Source of the DNA: a virus
Reading direction: 5' to 3' (one strand)
Virus record (IMG/VR): IMGVR_UViG_3300021088_000005
Span: 36,811 to 100,810 of that record
DNA: 64,000 bases
Of the stretch, positions 9,517 through 19,958 are shown piece after piece. The notes beneath the pieces are model-generated. The model was given only the letters and a program-made list of their open reading frames with translations, was not told the origin of the DNA and made no database searches. Each line of letters opens with the position of its first letter. Position 1 is the first letter of the stretch. The position numbers and the translations under genes are program-made.

Positions 9517-10377
9517 TTATAGATCAGAAACTATAAAAACTTGTTCGAGTGTAAGAGCGCTGGACCCGCTGGTAAAGCATTCACTTGACGCGCAATACCG
9601 CAAATTAGTACTAGCAGATGGGAGGTGTGTTGTAATAGTAGCAACAAGAGCGCCATTTATATAAAATGTAACATTAGGAATAGTATCATTAAAAATTATT
9701 CCGAATTCAACCGGACCGTTGATAATCGGGGCAATTCCAGAACTTACGATAGTCTGGGTCGTTCCATCTTTTGTAATACACTGCCACGATGTGTCGGGTA
9801 CTGTAGTATCATACCTAAATGCAGCGTAATTTCCGGCGGGATTAGCGCTTGCACCCTGCGTTGCAAGAGTTTGATCTGTTAACCCAAACCACCATCTTTC
9901 GTCTGTAATCCTTCCTCCGGGACCTGCTATCATCAAAAAAGCTATATTTCTTCCGGTTCTGTAGTTAGCGTTTCCGGATGCACCGCTTACAACATTATTG
10001 CTGTTTACGAAAATACCGATTGCCGGGCCTAGTGTTGCATTTACTATGTCTGCAACTGAACTTCCTGAAGTAGTGTTGACATCCCCTATTGTAGAAAATG
10101 TCGTAGTAGAACCGTCTGCGCTGCCTATGGTCTGTCGTCTATGGCCCAACACACCCGCTGTGGACCCGCTACCAGCGTTGGCCTGAACGAATGCGGTAGT
10201 CGCTATCTGATTTGTATTAGTGCCAAGTGTCGCTGTAGGAGCAGTTGGAATACTGGTCAGAGCAGGGGACACAGACAGAACAACTGTTCCCGACCCTGTA
10301 GTACCATCCGATAGGTCTGCCGCAGCGGGCTGCTGAAGACCTACCGGAGTCAGATACTTGTTAGTTGCATTGCTCAT
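9517..10377 (-). CDS. Tail fibre protein (286 aa) with C-terminal lectin-like domain
   Basis: PTAPTATLGTNTNQIATTAFV phage fibre repeat; NVTFYINGALV beta-sandwich-like motif. Confidence 0.65.
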   Translation of the reverse strand: MSNATNKYLTPVGLQQPAAADLSDGTTGSGTVVLSVSPALTSIPTAPTATLGTNTNQIATTAFVQANAGSGSTAGVLGHRRQTIGSADGSTTTFSTIGDVNTTSGSSVADIVNATLGPAIGIFVNSNNVVSGASGNANYRTGRNIAFLMIAGPGGRITDERWWFGLTDQTLATQGASANPAGNYAAFRYDTTVPDTSWQCITKDGTTQTIVSSGIAPIINGPVEFGIIFNDTIPNVTFYINGALVATITTHLPSASTNLRYCASSECFTSGSSALTLEQVFIVSDL

Positions 10378-11531
10378 TAGATTCCTATTGCTCTAGCTCT
10401 ATAGGCAAACTGCATCGGAGTAGCTCCGCTAGACGCATATGCGGTTACCTGCCCGACATCAAACTGGATATTTGTAGACGCCTTTGCGTTTACGACAAAT
10501 GTTCCCTGAACAAATGTCGATAAGGTGTTTGTCGTAAGCCCGGATGTCAACGGAACAGTAATCGTTGCTCCGCTATCTTGGTCCGTCCACTTGATTCTAG
10601 AATCCGGTAAGGTAGATGAAACAGTAGCGGCTTGACTTACTATCATGAATACTTCTATCAAATACAACCCCGCACTAACTACAGCAAACAGGGTTGTCGC
10701 TGCTATGTTAGCAGACTGTGCTGTTAAATTTGCGGAACCTGATACAGAAATTCCGCCGCCTGTGCCATTTGACACCGCTGTAATAATGCCCTGAGCATCT
10801 ACAGTTAGGTTTGTATTTGTGTACGATCCGGCTACAACTCCTGCCTGAGCCTTGACCGCTATTGTGTTATTCGGCCACGAACCTGTAATCGTTATATCCG
10901 CGCCCTGTACTAAACCAGGGGTCGCTGTTCCTGTACCACCAGATGCTATGCCAAGTATTCCGGATATGTCTGTGAACGCAAGCTGTCCCACAGTAAACGA
11001 TCCGCCAACTGTGCTTTGCTGGACAACTTGGTGCGCTCCACCAGTAGCCGATAGGATAGACCCCGTTCCACCAGATGCCACGCCTAGCGGATTGCTAATA
11101 GTCAAACTTCCTATAATTGATAGAGTGCTGGTACCGTTGTTCCACTCAAACTGCGCCGCTCCTGCAAGCGCTCCGCCGTTATTAAACTGAACAGCGCTGT
11201 TAGGACCTGCGGCAGCAGCGTTAACAAACTCCTGCACTGTAGATGTAACAGACGAAGCCGCTGCGGAGTTTATGCTTGGTATTCCGCTAGGCGGAAGCGG
11301 CGCGATACGGAATGAGCTAAGGCCGGGACGATTGTACTGCTTTAGAGTATCCGGCGAATACTGCAACGGCAGAGGAATCGTTGTACGTAAATAAGGTGAA
11401 GATTGAGTCTCTGCTGTCGGTGACTGGCTCGGTCCTGTCGGAGTAAGGTTCGGAATTTGCGGCTGCGGAACATCTGGTGGTGGCGCAGGCGTCCAGCCTT
11501 TCATTTCCGGGAAGAAATCGGAAAGAGCCAT
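10377..11531 (-). CDS. Tail fibre protein (384 aa)
   Basis: LGVASGGTG/LGIASGGTG repeats and AGSYTNTNLTVDAQGIITAVSNG fibre repeat. Confidence 0.65.
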   Translation of the reverse strand: MALSDFFPEMKGWTPAPPPDVPQPQIPNLTPTGPSQSPTAETQSSPYLRTTIPLPLQYSPDTLKQYNRPGLSSFRIAPLPPSGIPSINSAAASSVTSTVQEFVNAAAAGPNSAVQFNNGGALAGAAQFEWNNGTSTLSIIGSLTISNPLGVASGGTGSILSATGGAHQVVQQSTVGGSFTVGQLAFTDISGILGIASGGTGTATPGLVQGADITITGSWPNNTIAVKAQAGVVAGSYTNTNLTVDAQGIITAVSNGTGGGISVSGSANLTAQSANIAATTLFAVVSAGLYLIEVFMIVSQAATVSSTLPDSRIKWTDQDSGATITVPLTSGLTTNTLSTFVQGTFVVNAKASTNIQFDVGQVTAYASSGATPMQFAYRARAIGI

Positions 11532-11534
11532 CCT

Positions 11535-14500
11535 TTATTCCTCTGGAGGCTGCTCTACCGTACCGAAAACGGTTAGGGACAATACCTCGTTCGCAAAATT
11601 TTCCGCAGGGAAGCTTACCTTGACCTGCATGTGTTCCGCTAGAGCAGGAACTCCTGCCGCACGGAAGTAATACGCATTTGAATACAAACTTGTCGGCTGT
11701 TTAGTAGCCCCGTATATCTGCCACGGATACGCCTGAGACTGCGGGAATGTCGTGAATGTTCCGGATATTTCGTTCAACAAGAATCCGACAGTTGGGGTTG
11801 TTCCTACGCGAGTTGCTCGCAGGTTAACGAATGTCAATCCGGCGATCTGCCCTGGGTTTACCAGGTTGATGTTGCCCATCGTGAAACTGCAAGTATATGG
11901 GGTTCCGTCGTCCTCGTAAGTTGAGAAGTCTCTTTGCAAAATATGCTTGTTTGAGCCGATTCCGCCTACAAGTAGTCTGTGAACGCCATTAGAAACTTCG
12001 ATGCTCAACACTGCTCCCGCACCACCTGTAATTGTCGCAAACGGACTCCATACTGCAAGGTTGTTCGGGAATTGGCTCGGATTCAGTCGGTACCAGCCTG
12101 TTACTCCGTCTGATATATAGACAGCATTGTCATTGCCGCTTTCGTGAACGGTGACGAATACTTTGGTTGAATCGAACAATGCGAGCTTGTCCTGGATAGG
12201 ACCGCCCATACGCTGCGCACCACCGCTAGGGTCTAAACTGATAAACTGGTTGTCGGAAGTGTACATGTAAATAACGCCGCCATGAATATCCAGAGCGTTG
12301 TAGTGCAGCAATCCGACTCCTGGAATCATCGGGGTTGGGAAGAACGTAGTGAATACAGGTCCGCCCAATATAGCGTAAACATCTGATGTTAAGAATACCA
12401 AAATGCCTGTTGCTGTCGGCACAATCCTAGTTACCGGACTCGGGAACTCAAAGAAGTCCAACGGGTCGAACGCTTCGTTCGGATTTCCGGTCAATACATC
12501 CGGTCCGCCAGAAGCAAACACGAAGTTTCCTACCGCACCCCAAATTCTCTCGAAGTGATACGCCATAGGCAAGAATCCCGCAGGCGGAGGGTTGTTTTGG
12601 TTGTTGATCGGCGCTTCGATGAACTGGTTTATAACAGAATCCGGCTGCACGTCCTTGACAGTTTGGAACTGTTGAATTCCGCCAATCGGAGGAGTATTTG
12701 GAACTTCGGTCAAGAAGAACAAAGTGCTTCCGCCGTCTAGAGTTCTCCAGATTACGATAGTATCTACCTGAGGGTCAGGTGATCCCGGAATTGTCAACGT
12801 GACCACAGATGTAGGGAACGCAGACGAGAACGTAAACAACGGTGACGCAGTTGACACATGCCCGGTTCCCGACCCTGTCGGAGGTCCTAGAGCACTCGGC
12901 CAGTCTGGGGGAGCAGTCGTATTATAGATATCGTTTGCAGTACGACTCTTGTAGCTATACGCATACGACACACTCTTTGTGATCGAAAATCCTTGAGTCT
13001 GCGCTACTCCAAGATTGAACCAAACTAATCCGTGGGTTGCTATGCCAGAGTGGGTTTCGTTAACTTGGGTTGTGGTTGTGACAACCAATGTTGTTGCGGT
13101 TGAAGCTGTCACCTTTGCTATTACGTTATTTCCGAAGTTCGTGAACCCAGAGAACAAAAATGAGCTACCAGCATAAGCGTTTCCCGCACCGCCAGTTATT
13201 GTTCCGGTATACGTAGTTGACGGTCCGGCAACAGTTACTTGGGTCAGAGCAAAAATACTATCGCTGTCTGCTGTAAGATTTCCAGACGCAGCCCACGTAG
13301 GATGCGCACCTGTCTTACTTTGGCCTGACCTGACCGCAGCTTCGATATTGTTGTTGCTATCGATAATCAGCGCTCCGCCATATGGAACTGCTCCGCTAGG
13401 AGGGAACCATCCGGTAGTCGGCAAATACCATGTCTGATTAGCAGCCCAAGTTAACACTTGTCCTACGCAGGTCCATACTACAGTACCGTCTACAGTGGTC
13501 TGCCCGTATCCTTCTGCCCACGAAATACTTGATGTAGCCGTAGCAGACGAGACTCCGCTAGTGGTGCAAACCTGGAAGTTAGCGTTAGCATCAATGATTA
13601 CAGAGAATACCGTGCCTTGAGCGGTAAACGCCACATACGCAGTGTTTGTCAACCTTGTAGAAGACCCAAGGTTCAACCACGCAAGTTGGTTATCCCCGGT
13701 CACTGTTCCTGTGGTGATCGACCACGGTGGTGAAGTTCCACCTGCTCCGGTTGTCTGTGTTGACCCTGTGAAGTTTACCTGATAGAAAACCGTCTGATTA
13801 CTTGGCAATCCACCAGCTAGACCAACAGGCTCGACTACTGTGTTGGTTCGCGAACCGTCTAGTGTGGGAACAACCATTCCTGGCTTCCACGGCTGCGGAG
13901 TCTTCTGCACGCCAAAGTTAAACCAGATCAGGTTGTTATCTGGGACTGATCCGCCGACTGCTGCGGAGAAGTTCGGACGTGTTGTTCCGCTTGTTCCGGC
14001 GGGGTTAGCCTGCACCTGACAGCAATTTGTGATCGGATCAAATATGATGCAAGGGCTTAATAAAGTTCCACCTGTGGCACTGTTATTGTACGAATGCCCC
14101 GGTTGCCAGAACGTAATCGGGCCGAAGTTCGTCCAGTCCCACCCGTTATCTAGAGTGAATCCGCCGGGAGTCTGATTCCAGTTTGGCTCTCCGTTTCCGC
14201 CCAATCCGAAACGAGTAGAGTTAGGGTTTGTTGCTGGCTGCGCGTTAACTGAAATTAACTGCTCGATGTTTCCGTTAGAATCTAAGATCAGCCCCATCGT
14301 AGAGAATACGGTATCCTGCTGCCACTGCACTGTCGCAGATGCGCTCGGAGTGATTGTAACGACCGGAGCCGTAGGTCCGGCCACTATTCCCCAATTCGAT
14401 ACCTTACCGTTAGCCGGGTTGCAGTCCGCTCCGAGAATGAACTTCTGTAAATCAACTCCGTCTCCGTAATACAGGGTATCTGCTACGCCCTGGTACTGCC

Positions 14501-14891
14501 CCTGGTGCGCTCCCGCAGACTTCGTGAAGATCAGGTTCTGGGTTGTCGCACTCTGAATATAAGTAGACGTAGTTGTATCTACAACCACCTTAGGACCGCA
14601 AGACAAAGTTCTCCAATCGTAGAACCAGTTTATCTGATCTGGGACTGTGACTGAAGACCATTCGGACAATCCTGGGCGACGTATAAGAGTAAGCGCGTTG
14701 CTTATCTCCATGTTGCTGCCGTCGATCAATGCATCCGGATAGCCGCCATACTTTGAAATGTACCAAGACGCAGGATCGTGAAGTGGAGACCTATTGGTGA
14801 ACAACCCGGTCTCCATTCTCGCGATATGTATTGGCTTGCCACGCGAAGGATTTCTTACCTGCGCTCCGACAGCTTCCAGCATTCCTGTCAT
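11535..14891 (-). CDS. Tail nozzle/DNA-stabilisation protein (1118 aa) with inserted Trp-rich repeats
   Basis: N-terminal DGSNMEI...LIRRPG and C-terminal propeller-like part resemble gp10/gp12-like nozzles; central repeats PxW-x5-7-D-x3-W. Confidence 0.6.
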   Translation of the reverse strand: MTGMLEAVGAQVRNPSRGKPIHIARMETGLFTNRSPLHDPASWYISKYGGYPDALIDGSNMEISNALTLIRRPGLSEWSSVTVPDQINWFYDWRTLSCGPKVVVDTTTSTYIQSATTQNLIFTKSAGAHQGQYQGVADTLYYGDGVDLQKFILGADCNPANGKVSNWGIVAGPTAPVVTITPSASATVQWQQDTVFSTMGLILDSNGNIEQLISVNAQPATNPNSTRFGLGGNGEPNWNQTPGGFTLDNGWDWTNFGPITFWQPGHSYNNSATGGTLLSPCIIFDPITNCCQVQANPAGTSGTTRPNFSAAVGGSVPDNNLIWFNFGVQKTPQPWKPGMVVPTLDGSRTNTVVEPVGLAGGLPSNQTVFYQVNFTGSTQTTGAGGTSPPWSITTGTVTGDNQLAWLNLGSSTRLTNTAYVAFTAQGTVFSVIIDANANFQVCTTSGVSSATATSSISWAEGYGQTTVDGTVVWTCVGQVLTWAANQTWYLPTTGWFPPSGAVPYGGALIIDSNNNIEAAVRSGQSKTGAHPTWAASGNLTADSDSIFALTQVTVAGPSTTYTGTITGGAGNAYAGSSFLFSGFTNFGNNVIAKVTASTATTLVVTTTTQVNETHSGIATHGLVWFNLGVAQTQGFSITKSVSYAYSYKSRTANDIYNTTAPPDWPSALGPPTGSGTGHVSTASPLFTFSSAFPTSVVTLTIPGSPDPQVDTIVIWRTLDGGSTLFFLTEVPNTPPIGGIQQFQTVKDVQPDSVINQFIEAPINNQNNPPPAGFLPMAYHFERIWGAVGNFVFASGGPDVLTGNPNEAFDPLDFFEFPSPVTRIVPTATGILVFLTSDVYAILGGPVFTTFFPTPMIPGVGLLHYNALDIHGGVIYMYTSDNQFISLDPSGGAQRMGGPIQDKLALFDSTKVFVTVHESGNDNAVYISDGVTGWYRLNPSQFPNNLAVWSPFATITGGAGAVLSIEVSNGVHRLLVGGIGSNKHILQRDFSTYEDDGTPYTCSFTMGNINLVNPGQIAGLTFVNLRATRVGTTPTVGFLLNEISGTFTTFPQSQAYPWQIYGATKQPTSLYSNAYYFRAAGVPALAEHMQVKVSFPAENFANEVLSLTVFGTVEQPPEE

Positions 14892-16948
14892 TATCCGCGT
14901 CCTCTAGCTGCTTCGCCCTGTTGGGTTTGAATCTGGTTTATCAACTGCTGTGCGTTGACGTTCATGTAGCTCGCCATGAATGCTACACGATCCATCTGTG
15001 TTAATCCTTCTGTCTTGCCTAGAAGTCCTGCTACTCCACGAGCGATATACTGTGGTGCGCGTGGGTCTTGGCATGAGTCCATGTAATACCCTAAGCATAG
15101 ATTGTTGTATATATCCGAGAACGAATCCGGAATTGGGGACCAGGAGTCAGTAACCGCTGTGAACTGAACAGGTTTCTTCTGGTATATCAAGTTAACTGGA
15201 AATATCTTATTTGGTACGGCTGAAAATCTAAATATAGGAGAGACATTTCCTAGGCCGGGAAGTGTCGGATATCCGACAAGTACTGCCTGCCACTCCGCTG
15301 AGGACGCCTGCGTCCAACTTGATGAGTATGTACCCGCTGTAGAAGCCAGCAGCGCAGCAGTACTTAGTTGAACATTGACAAGAGCCGAATCCGCAATGGT
15401 CCCTGATTGTAGAAGGCTAAACGGCGCTGTAGCCGTAGCTGGCGGAGCGTACCCGGTTGTGAAGGATATTAAAACTTCATTATCCAGTGGGGTAACTATA
15501 GAAGTGGAAGACCAAGATGATCCGGTGCCCTGGCTGTTAACCGGAAATGTAAGCTGTATTGGACCGACTCCTGTTAGAAGCGCCCCCTGAACGAGGAAGT
15601 TTCTAGGTCCCGGTCCGGTGATAGTGATAACGCTGGTTCCGGAAGCCGTCACAGGCATATTGTATACAACAAATTGGTGATCGTCAACAACTGATGGAAC
15701 TGTCGCAACTGTGAGTGTAACCGCAGTTGCGATGGTAACAGCCCCGGAACTAGTTACTATGCCAGCTAGGGCTCGACCATTAAAAGTTCCGCCGCCAAGA
15801 GTAATACTCGTATTAGCCAGAATGTTGCCGTTAAATACTCCTATGGTTCCTACAGTGGTAGCAGAACTACCTACAAGCCAAACCACATTTTCAGCACGAG
15901 CACCGTTAACCAAAAGAATGGATGCCCCGCTCTCCAAAGTAAGCGTGCTTCCAGCCTTAAAAACGAACATGGCATTTGAATTTCCTTGCGCGTCCAATGT
16001 AATGCTGGTCGGAATGTCCATACTTGTACCAGCGGAATAATTGCCAGGAATATAGGTGCTAGCGTTAGAACCGTTTCCTAGAACAGATAGATTAGCAGAA
16101 GAACCGCTCAATGACGTAAAACTTAATGCGCTGTAAAAGTTATACGCAGTAAGCGCATCGGTTAACGCCGCAGAAGCACCAGTATTGTTGATTGCCGCAG
16201 GAGGGGTGAAATTTGCCCCGGTAAAGCCTGTCTCGGTAGCAGTCGGGAACGATCCGATATTACCGCCAGTAATTAGGGTTGCGCCGGAGTTCGTAATTCC
16301 CGCTGCGGCAAGGATAGCGTACGCAGCAGCCGTGCCTAGTTTCGTTGCTACCGGGTCCGATCCCGGAAATGACGCGTTCTGTGATGAAACTAGGGTTATC
16401 ACATTGCCCAAATTATCCGAAACACTTGTGGGATTCCCTACACCGTCACTCATATCAAGCCCGAATACGAGAGTATCTCCGGCTAAAATTGTTTGAGGTA
16501 CGGTAAAGCTAAAAGTTGTCTGTCCCGTAAAATTTGAAGAAGAGAAGCTAGTCTTGATTACGGAGTTCAGATTCGGCGTTAGCGGCGTTACTCCGAAACG
16601 CTGAACTGATATAACTTCAGGACGAGCCTGTGTTGAAGACTTTGCAAGAGACACGGTATTCTGAATGTCCTTCAACTCATAAAGTTTACCATCGGTATCC
16701 TGCACTGTAGTCTGTTCTAGGAACCCGAAATCCAGGATACTTGTCGGGTAATCTTGTTGAGATATAACTGTTGTGATACTGTCGTCAAAGTTACGATTGA
16801 ACGGCCAGGTGAACGGTGCAGATAGGATTAAGTTACGAACAATGTTCGCAATTCCTATGAATGGCATGCCGTTAGTGCCTATATTGGCTGGCATATACCG
16901 ACAGTACGGTACGACATAGTTGATGGTGTCTTGTAGAGTATTAGTCAT
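14891..16948 (-). CDS. Head-tail adaptor-like protein with inserted DUF3494 ice-binding domain (685 aa)
   Basis: Adaptor-like ends (WPFNR...QQDY; PVQFT...SPIPDSF) bracket LGTAAAYAILAAAGITNSG...ITLDAQGNSNAMFVFKAGSTL...NVVWLVGSSAT...GNILANTSITL...GRALA. Confidence 0.75.
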   Translation of the reverse strand: MTNTLQDTINYVVPYCRYMPANIGTNGMPFIGIANIVRNLILSAPFTWPFNRNFDDSITTVISQQDYPTSILDFGFLEQTTVQDTDGKLYELKDIQNTVSLAKSSTQARPEVISVQRFGVTPLTPNLNSVIKTSFSSSNFTGQTTFSFTVPQTILAGDTLVFGLDMSDGVGNPTSVSDNLGNVITLVSSQNASFPGSDPVATKLGTAAAYAILAAAGITNSGATLITGGNIGSFPTATETGFTGANFTPPAAINNTGASAALTDALTAYNFYSALSFTSLSGSSANLSVLGNGSNASTYIPGNYSAGTSMDIPTSITLDAQGNSNAMFVFKAGSTLTLESGASILLVNGARAENVVWLVGSSATTVGTIGVFNGNILANTSITLGGGTFNGRALAGIVTSSGAVTIATAVTLTVATVPSVVDDHQFVVYNMPVTASGTSVITITGPGPRNFLVQGALLTGVGPIQLTFPVNSQGTGSSWSSTSIVTPLDNEVLISFTTGYAPPATATAPFSLLQSGTIADSALVNVQLSTAALLASTAGTYSSSWTQASSAEWQAVLVGYPTLPGLGNVSPIFRFSAVPNKIFPVNLIYQKKPVQFTAVTDSWSPIPDSFSDIYNNLCLGYYMDSCQDPRAPQYIARGVAGLLGKTEGLTQMDRVAFMASYMNVNAQQLINQIQTQQGEAARGRG

Positions 16949-16951
16949 AAA

Positions 16952-18037
16952 TTATCTCGGGTACTGGAACGGCCACGCCGCCCCCTGATATCGACCGTTT
17001 CTTCCGCCTCCGCCCCTGCTGGTGACTCCCTGCTCCGGGACGAATCGGTTCTCTTCAAGTTCACGGTCTTCGTTCGCACGTAGGTCGTTCAAACTCTTTA
17101 GCCAAATCTGGTAGTTCTTCTCGAACTTCGCCTGGACAGATGCAACTGAACTGTAGCGATAGCACTGCGCGATAACTCCCTGGCGGAAGTACGGCTCGTA
17201 TCTATCCGGCATCGGAGCTAGGGTGTTATCCAAACTTGTAAATCGAACAGGAGGCATCTGTGCGACTAGCTTAAACTGGAACACTGGCCCGGTCTTTGAC
17301 GGCACTGGAAGAATACGGATGCCTACTCCGTCAGGGTCTACTACTGTCCAAACTGTGCCGCCGTCTACTGTGTTTGTTCCTGGTGCTGCGCCAGCGTTCG
17401 GCCAATTAGGTGCGGTTGCTCCGCAGGTGCCGTATGTTGTGACAACCTGAAGGTTGCCGTTCGGATCAATTATCTGTGTGATGGGGTTTGAAGGCTGGTC
17501 GTTCGCAGTTGCGTTCAATGGGTTTGTGTACACTGCGTTCGGGCCTGGGTTGTTTCCGATTGTAGGATTACCTGTGTCGGTAGCTCCCCATGTTCCGTAG
17601 TACAACATGCTGTTCGGAAACCAACTTGCCAAGAATGTCGGGTAAGACCATCCTGCAACCTGCTGGAAGGTTCCTGTGGCTTGCGCCAACTGGCGACCAC
17701 ACTCTACGTACCCAAATGGCTTCGGTATCGCATTATTGGTTGACATCAGAATAGCAACCCCGCGCTCAAGCCATTCAACATTGTAGACGCTAGTGCCGTT
17801 CGGATTCAATAGAGCATAGTCCTGTTGGTAGCTGTTTGTGTAGAAATCGGGCAGCTTGACTTCGTTCCACTTGTGAGGGAACGGAACCCCGCAGATTTCA
17901 GTCATAACATCGGTGCAGATAGTAATGAACGGCTCCAACTGGAAGCCGCCGACATTAGCTAAAACCGGGTTCACGTCTCCGAGAGGCTGAACCTTATCGA
18001 GAATGTTTTGTAGTGTGTATCTAGGTAGAGGAGCCAT
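16952..18037 (-). CDS. Second head-tail adaptor-like protein (about 361 aa)
   Basis: Shares QQDY and PVRFT...PMPD motifs with the neighbouring gene; ATG 18037 preferred over the track's TTG start. Confidence 0.55.
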   Translation of the reverse strand: MAPLPRYTLQNILDKVQPLGDVNPVLANVGGFQLEPFITICTDVMTEICGVPFPHKWNEVKLPDFYTNSYQQDYALLNPNGTSVYNVEWLERGVAILMSTNNAIPKPFGYVECGRQLAQATGTFQQVAGWSYPTFLASWFPNSMLYYGTWGATDTGNPTIGNNPGPNAVYTNPLNATANDQPSNPITQIIDPNGNLQVVTTYGTCGATAPNWPNAGAAPGTNTVDGGTVWTVVDPDGVGIRILPVPSKTGPVFQFKLVAQMPPVRFTSLDNTLAPMPDRYEPYFRQGVIAQCYRYSSVASVQAKFEKNYQIWLKSLNDLRANEDRELEENRFVPEQGVTSRGGGGRNGRYQGAAWPFQYPR

Positions 18038-18133
18038 GGTGTTCGACCAGGCTACGGAAAGGCGGGTCTCCAAGACCCATTGTGCCGTAGTCTTAGAGTG
18101 ATTCGGAATGGTATATCAGGGTCGATCTCCTAT

Positions 18134-18158
18134 AAAAGTTGGGGCTCGTGTGAGCCCC
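18134..18158 (-). terminator. Intrinsic terminator
   Basis: GGGGCTC-ACAC-GAGCCCC followed by AACTTTT on the minus strand. Confidence 0.6.
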
Positions 18159-18168
18159 TAGACTGCGC

Positions 18169-18699
18169 TTAGGCTAAATCTGCGGTATTGGTTTGGATCG
18201 GCTGCGTATTCAACTGAACTTCTGATGCTGCTGCCGTGTTTGTAGACTCCTGGACCATCGCATACGCTTGCTTCCAGCCTATTCCCGTATGGTTCGGAAC
18301 CTTCTGTCCCTTTCGGACTAGGGTTTCCGCTGTGTCCAAGCTACGCCACTTCATTCCGCAAATCTGGCAACGGATATAGCTTGAGGCATCGGTAAACGTA
18401 AAGAAATACACCGCGTAATCGGTCTTCGGTGACTTCAATCCTCTGCCGCCCTTCTTGTGAGTACACATTTGCTGAATCTTATTCTTTTCGGCAACTGAGT
18501 ACTCGGCGTTGATGCGGCGCTGCTCGTTCTTAGCCGCTAACGCTCGTGCTTTCTCTTGTCTATCTTGCAGTGCTTCCTGGCGCTCTGCCAATAGAAGCTG
18601 GACCAACATTTGTAAGGTCGCTGCATCGGTTGCTGCTGGTGTTGCTGGCGCTGGAGCAGGAGTGCCCTGTCCAGACGCAGGCTTCGTCTGATCTGTCAT
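18169..18699 (-). CDS. Hypothetical protein with possible Zn site
   Basis: 176 aa; coiled coil, then CTHKKG...CQICG. Confidence 0.6.
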   Translation of the reverse strand: MTDQTKPASGQGTPAPAPATPAATDAATLQMLVQLLLAERQEALQDRQEKARALAAKNEQRRINAEYSVAEKNKIQQMCTHKKGGRGLKSPKTDYAVYFFTFTDASSYIRCQICGMKWRSLDTAETLVRKGQKVPNHTGIGWKQAYAMVQESTNTAAASEVQLNTQPIQTNTADLA

Positions 18700-18777
18700 G
18701 ATGACTCACTTCAGGGCACTGCCCTGGTTTCCGGTTAACCCCGGTAAGGTTGTTTTCGGCTACAAGCCGTCGGAATT

Positions 18778-19428
18778 CTACTCCTGGTCCGCCCAGGTTG
18801 CATTGCTTGTTAGCTCTCGTCTATTACGGAGCCAGTACAAGCTTTTGCGGAATCGCCTGCTGACAGGTCCGTCAGTAGGGTGACCGAATATCTCATGGGC
18901 TCTTGCCTCTGAGACGATTCCTTTTTCGATCAACTGGACTTCGACTGTGCGCCATCCGCGAAATGCCTCTCCATTTGGCATGCCACGTTTGTCCAGTCGC
19001 AAGACAGACCATTCGTACATAGCGGGCACTTGGAGGTAGCACACTGGTACGACGTGATCTGTTCCTGGTTTGAAAGCCCATAATGCCACGGTAGCGGGCG
19101 GGAACCCGTTATCGATGGTGTAGCACTTAACGCCTTCGTTACGAAGTTTCTCTATGAAGTCCCGAGTACGGATGGGATTGACCTTCCTTGCTAATTCATT
19201 GATTAGCAATTCCTGATCTTCCATCTTGTACCGATACGCCATTTTATCTGACACTTCTTTGTCAGCGAGAATCGCTTCTTGGGCGAATGCTTTATAGTCT
19301 TTCGGCCACTTGAACCAATTTGGGGTTCCACCAGCGAGAAGTTTCTTGATTGTCTCTCGCGTAGTCTTCAAATCCCGATTAACCTCCCACGGTTTATCGA
19401 GGTTTTGCAGCGGCGGCTTATTAGCCAT
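18778..19428 (-). CDS. Hypothetical protein (216 aa)
   Basis: Long ORF in the head operon. Confidence 0.65.
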   Translation of the reverse strand: MANKPPLQNLDKPWEVNRDLKTTRETIKKLLAGGTPNWFKWPKDYKAFAQEAILADKEVSDKMAYRYKMEDQELLINELARKVNPIRTRDFIEKLRNEGVKCYTIDNGFPPATVALWAFKPGTDHVVPVCYLQVPAMYEWSVLRLDKRGMPNGEAFRGWRTVEVQLIEKGIVSEARAHEIFGHPTDGPVSRRFRKSLYWLRNRRELTSNATWADQE

Positions 19429-19430
19429 GT

Positions 19431-19958
19431 TCAGTCCTTTATTGCTCTTCGGCGCTGCTGCGCCAAAGACAAATTGTGTTTATGCTCTTCCGTAAAAACA
19501 CGACCTTTTGCCTTTTCAGACATCAGTCTTTTTGTTTCTTCGGAGTGCTTCATGCCGAGGCGAGCTTTATTGCCCATCTTAGCGACGGAAATCTTTTTGC
19601 AATGCTCATCAGACTTCACGTGCTCTGACATACGACGTTTGGTGTCTTCGGACAAACGGAAGCCTAACATCCCTCCGCCGCCGTCAGTTAGATTATACCC
19701 CTTTTCGGGGTTCCTCAAGTCTAAAAACTTAATTAATTCGCGTTCGTAGAAATCCATATCTTCTTTTGTTTTAACAAAAGCCAAGGTTTCTATCTCAAAA
19801 TTATCTATGCCGTACTTCTGAATGGCATTATATAAATACGATGGTCTGCGGTGAGTGAATGGCTTTTGATGCCTCTTCCACCGTTTGTCTAGGCTTTGAG
19901 ATGTTTGCCCAACATACTGCTTACCGTTAATTTTGTTTGTAACAATATAAATCTGCAT
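19431..19958 (-). CDS. Free-standing GIY-YIG homing endonuclease with NUMOD3 repeats
   Basis: MQIYIVTNKINGKQYVGQT...R, GYNLTDGG, repeated HSEETKRLMS-type motifs; SD GAGGAG before ATG 19958. Confidence 0.9.
   Translation of the reverse strand: MQIYIVTNKINGKQYVGQTSQSLDKRWKRHQKPFTHRRPSYLYNAIQKYGIDNFEIETLAFVKTKEDMDFYERELIKFLDLRNPEKGYNLTDGGGGMLGFRLSEDTKRRMSEHVKSDEHCKKISVAKMGNKARLGMKHSEETKRLMSEKAKGRVFTEEHKHNLSLAQQRRRAIKD

Noticed and set aside
18060-18125. Hammerhead ribozyme suggested by CTGAT
   Set aside because: The core CUGANGA and matching GAAA are absent.
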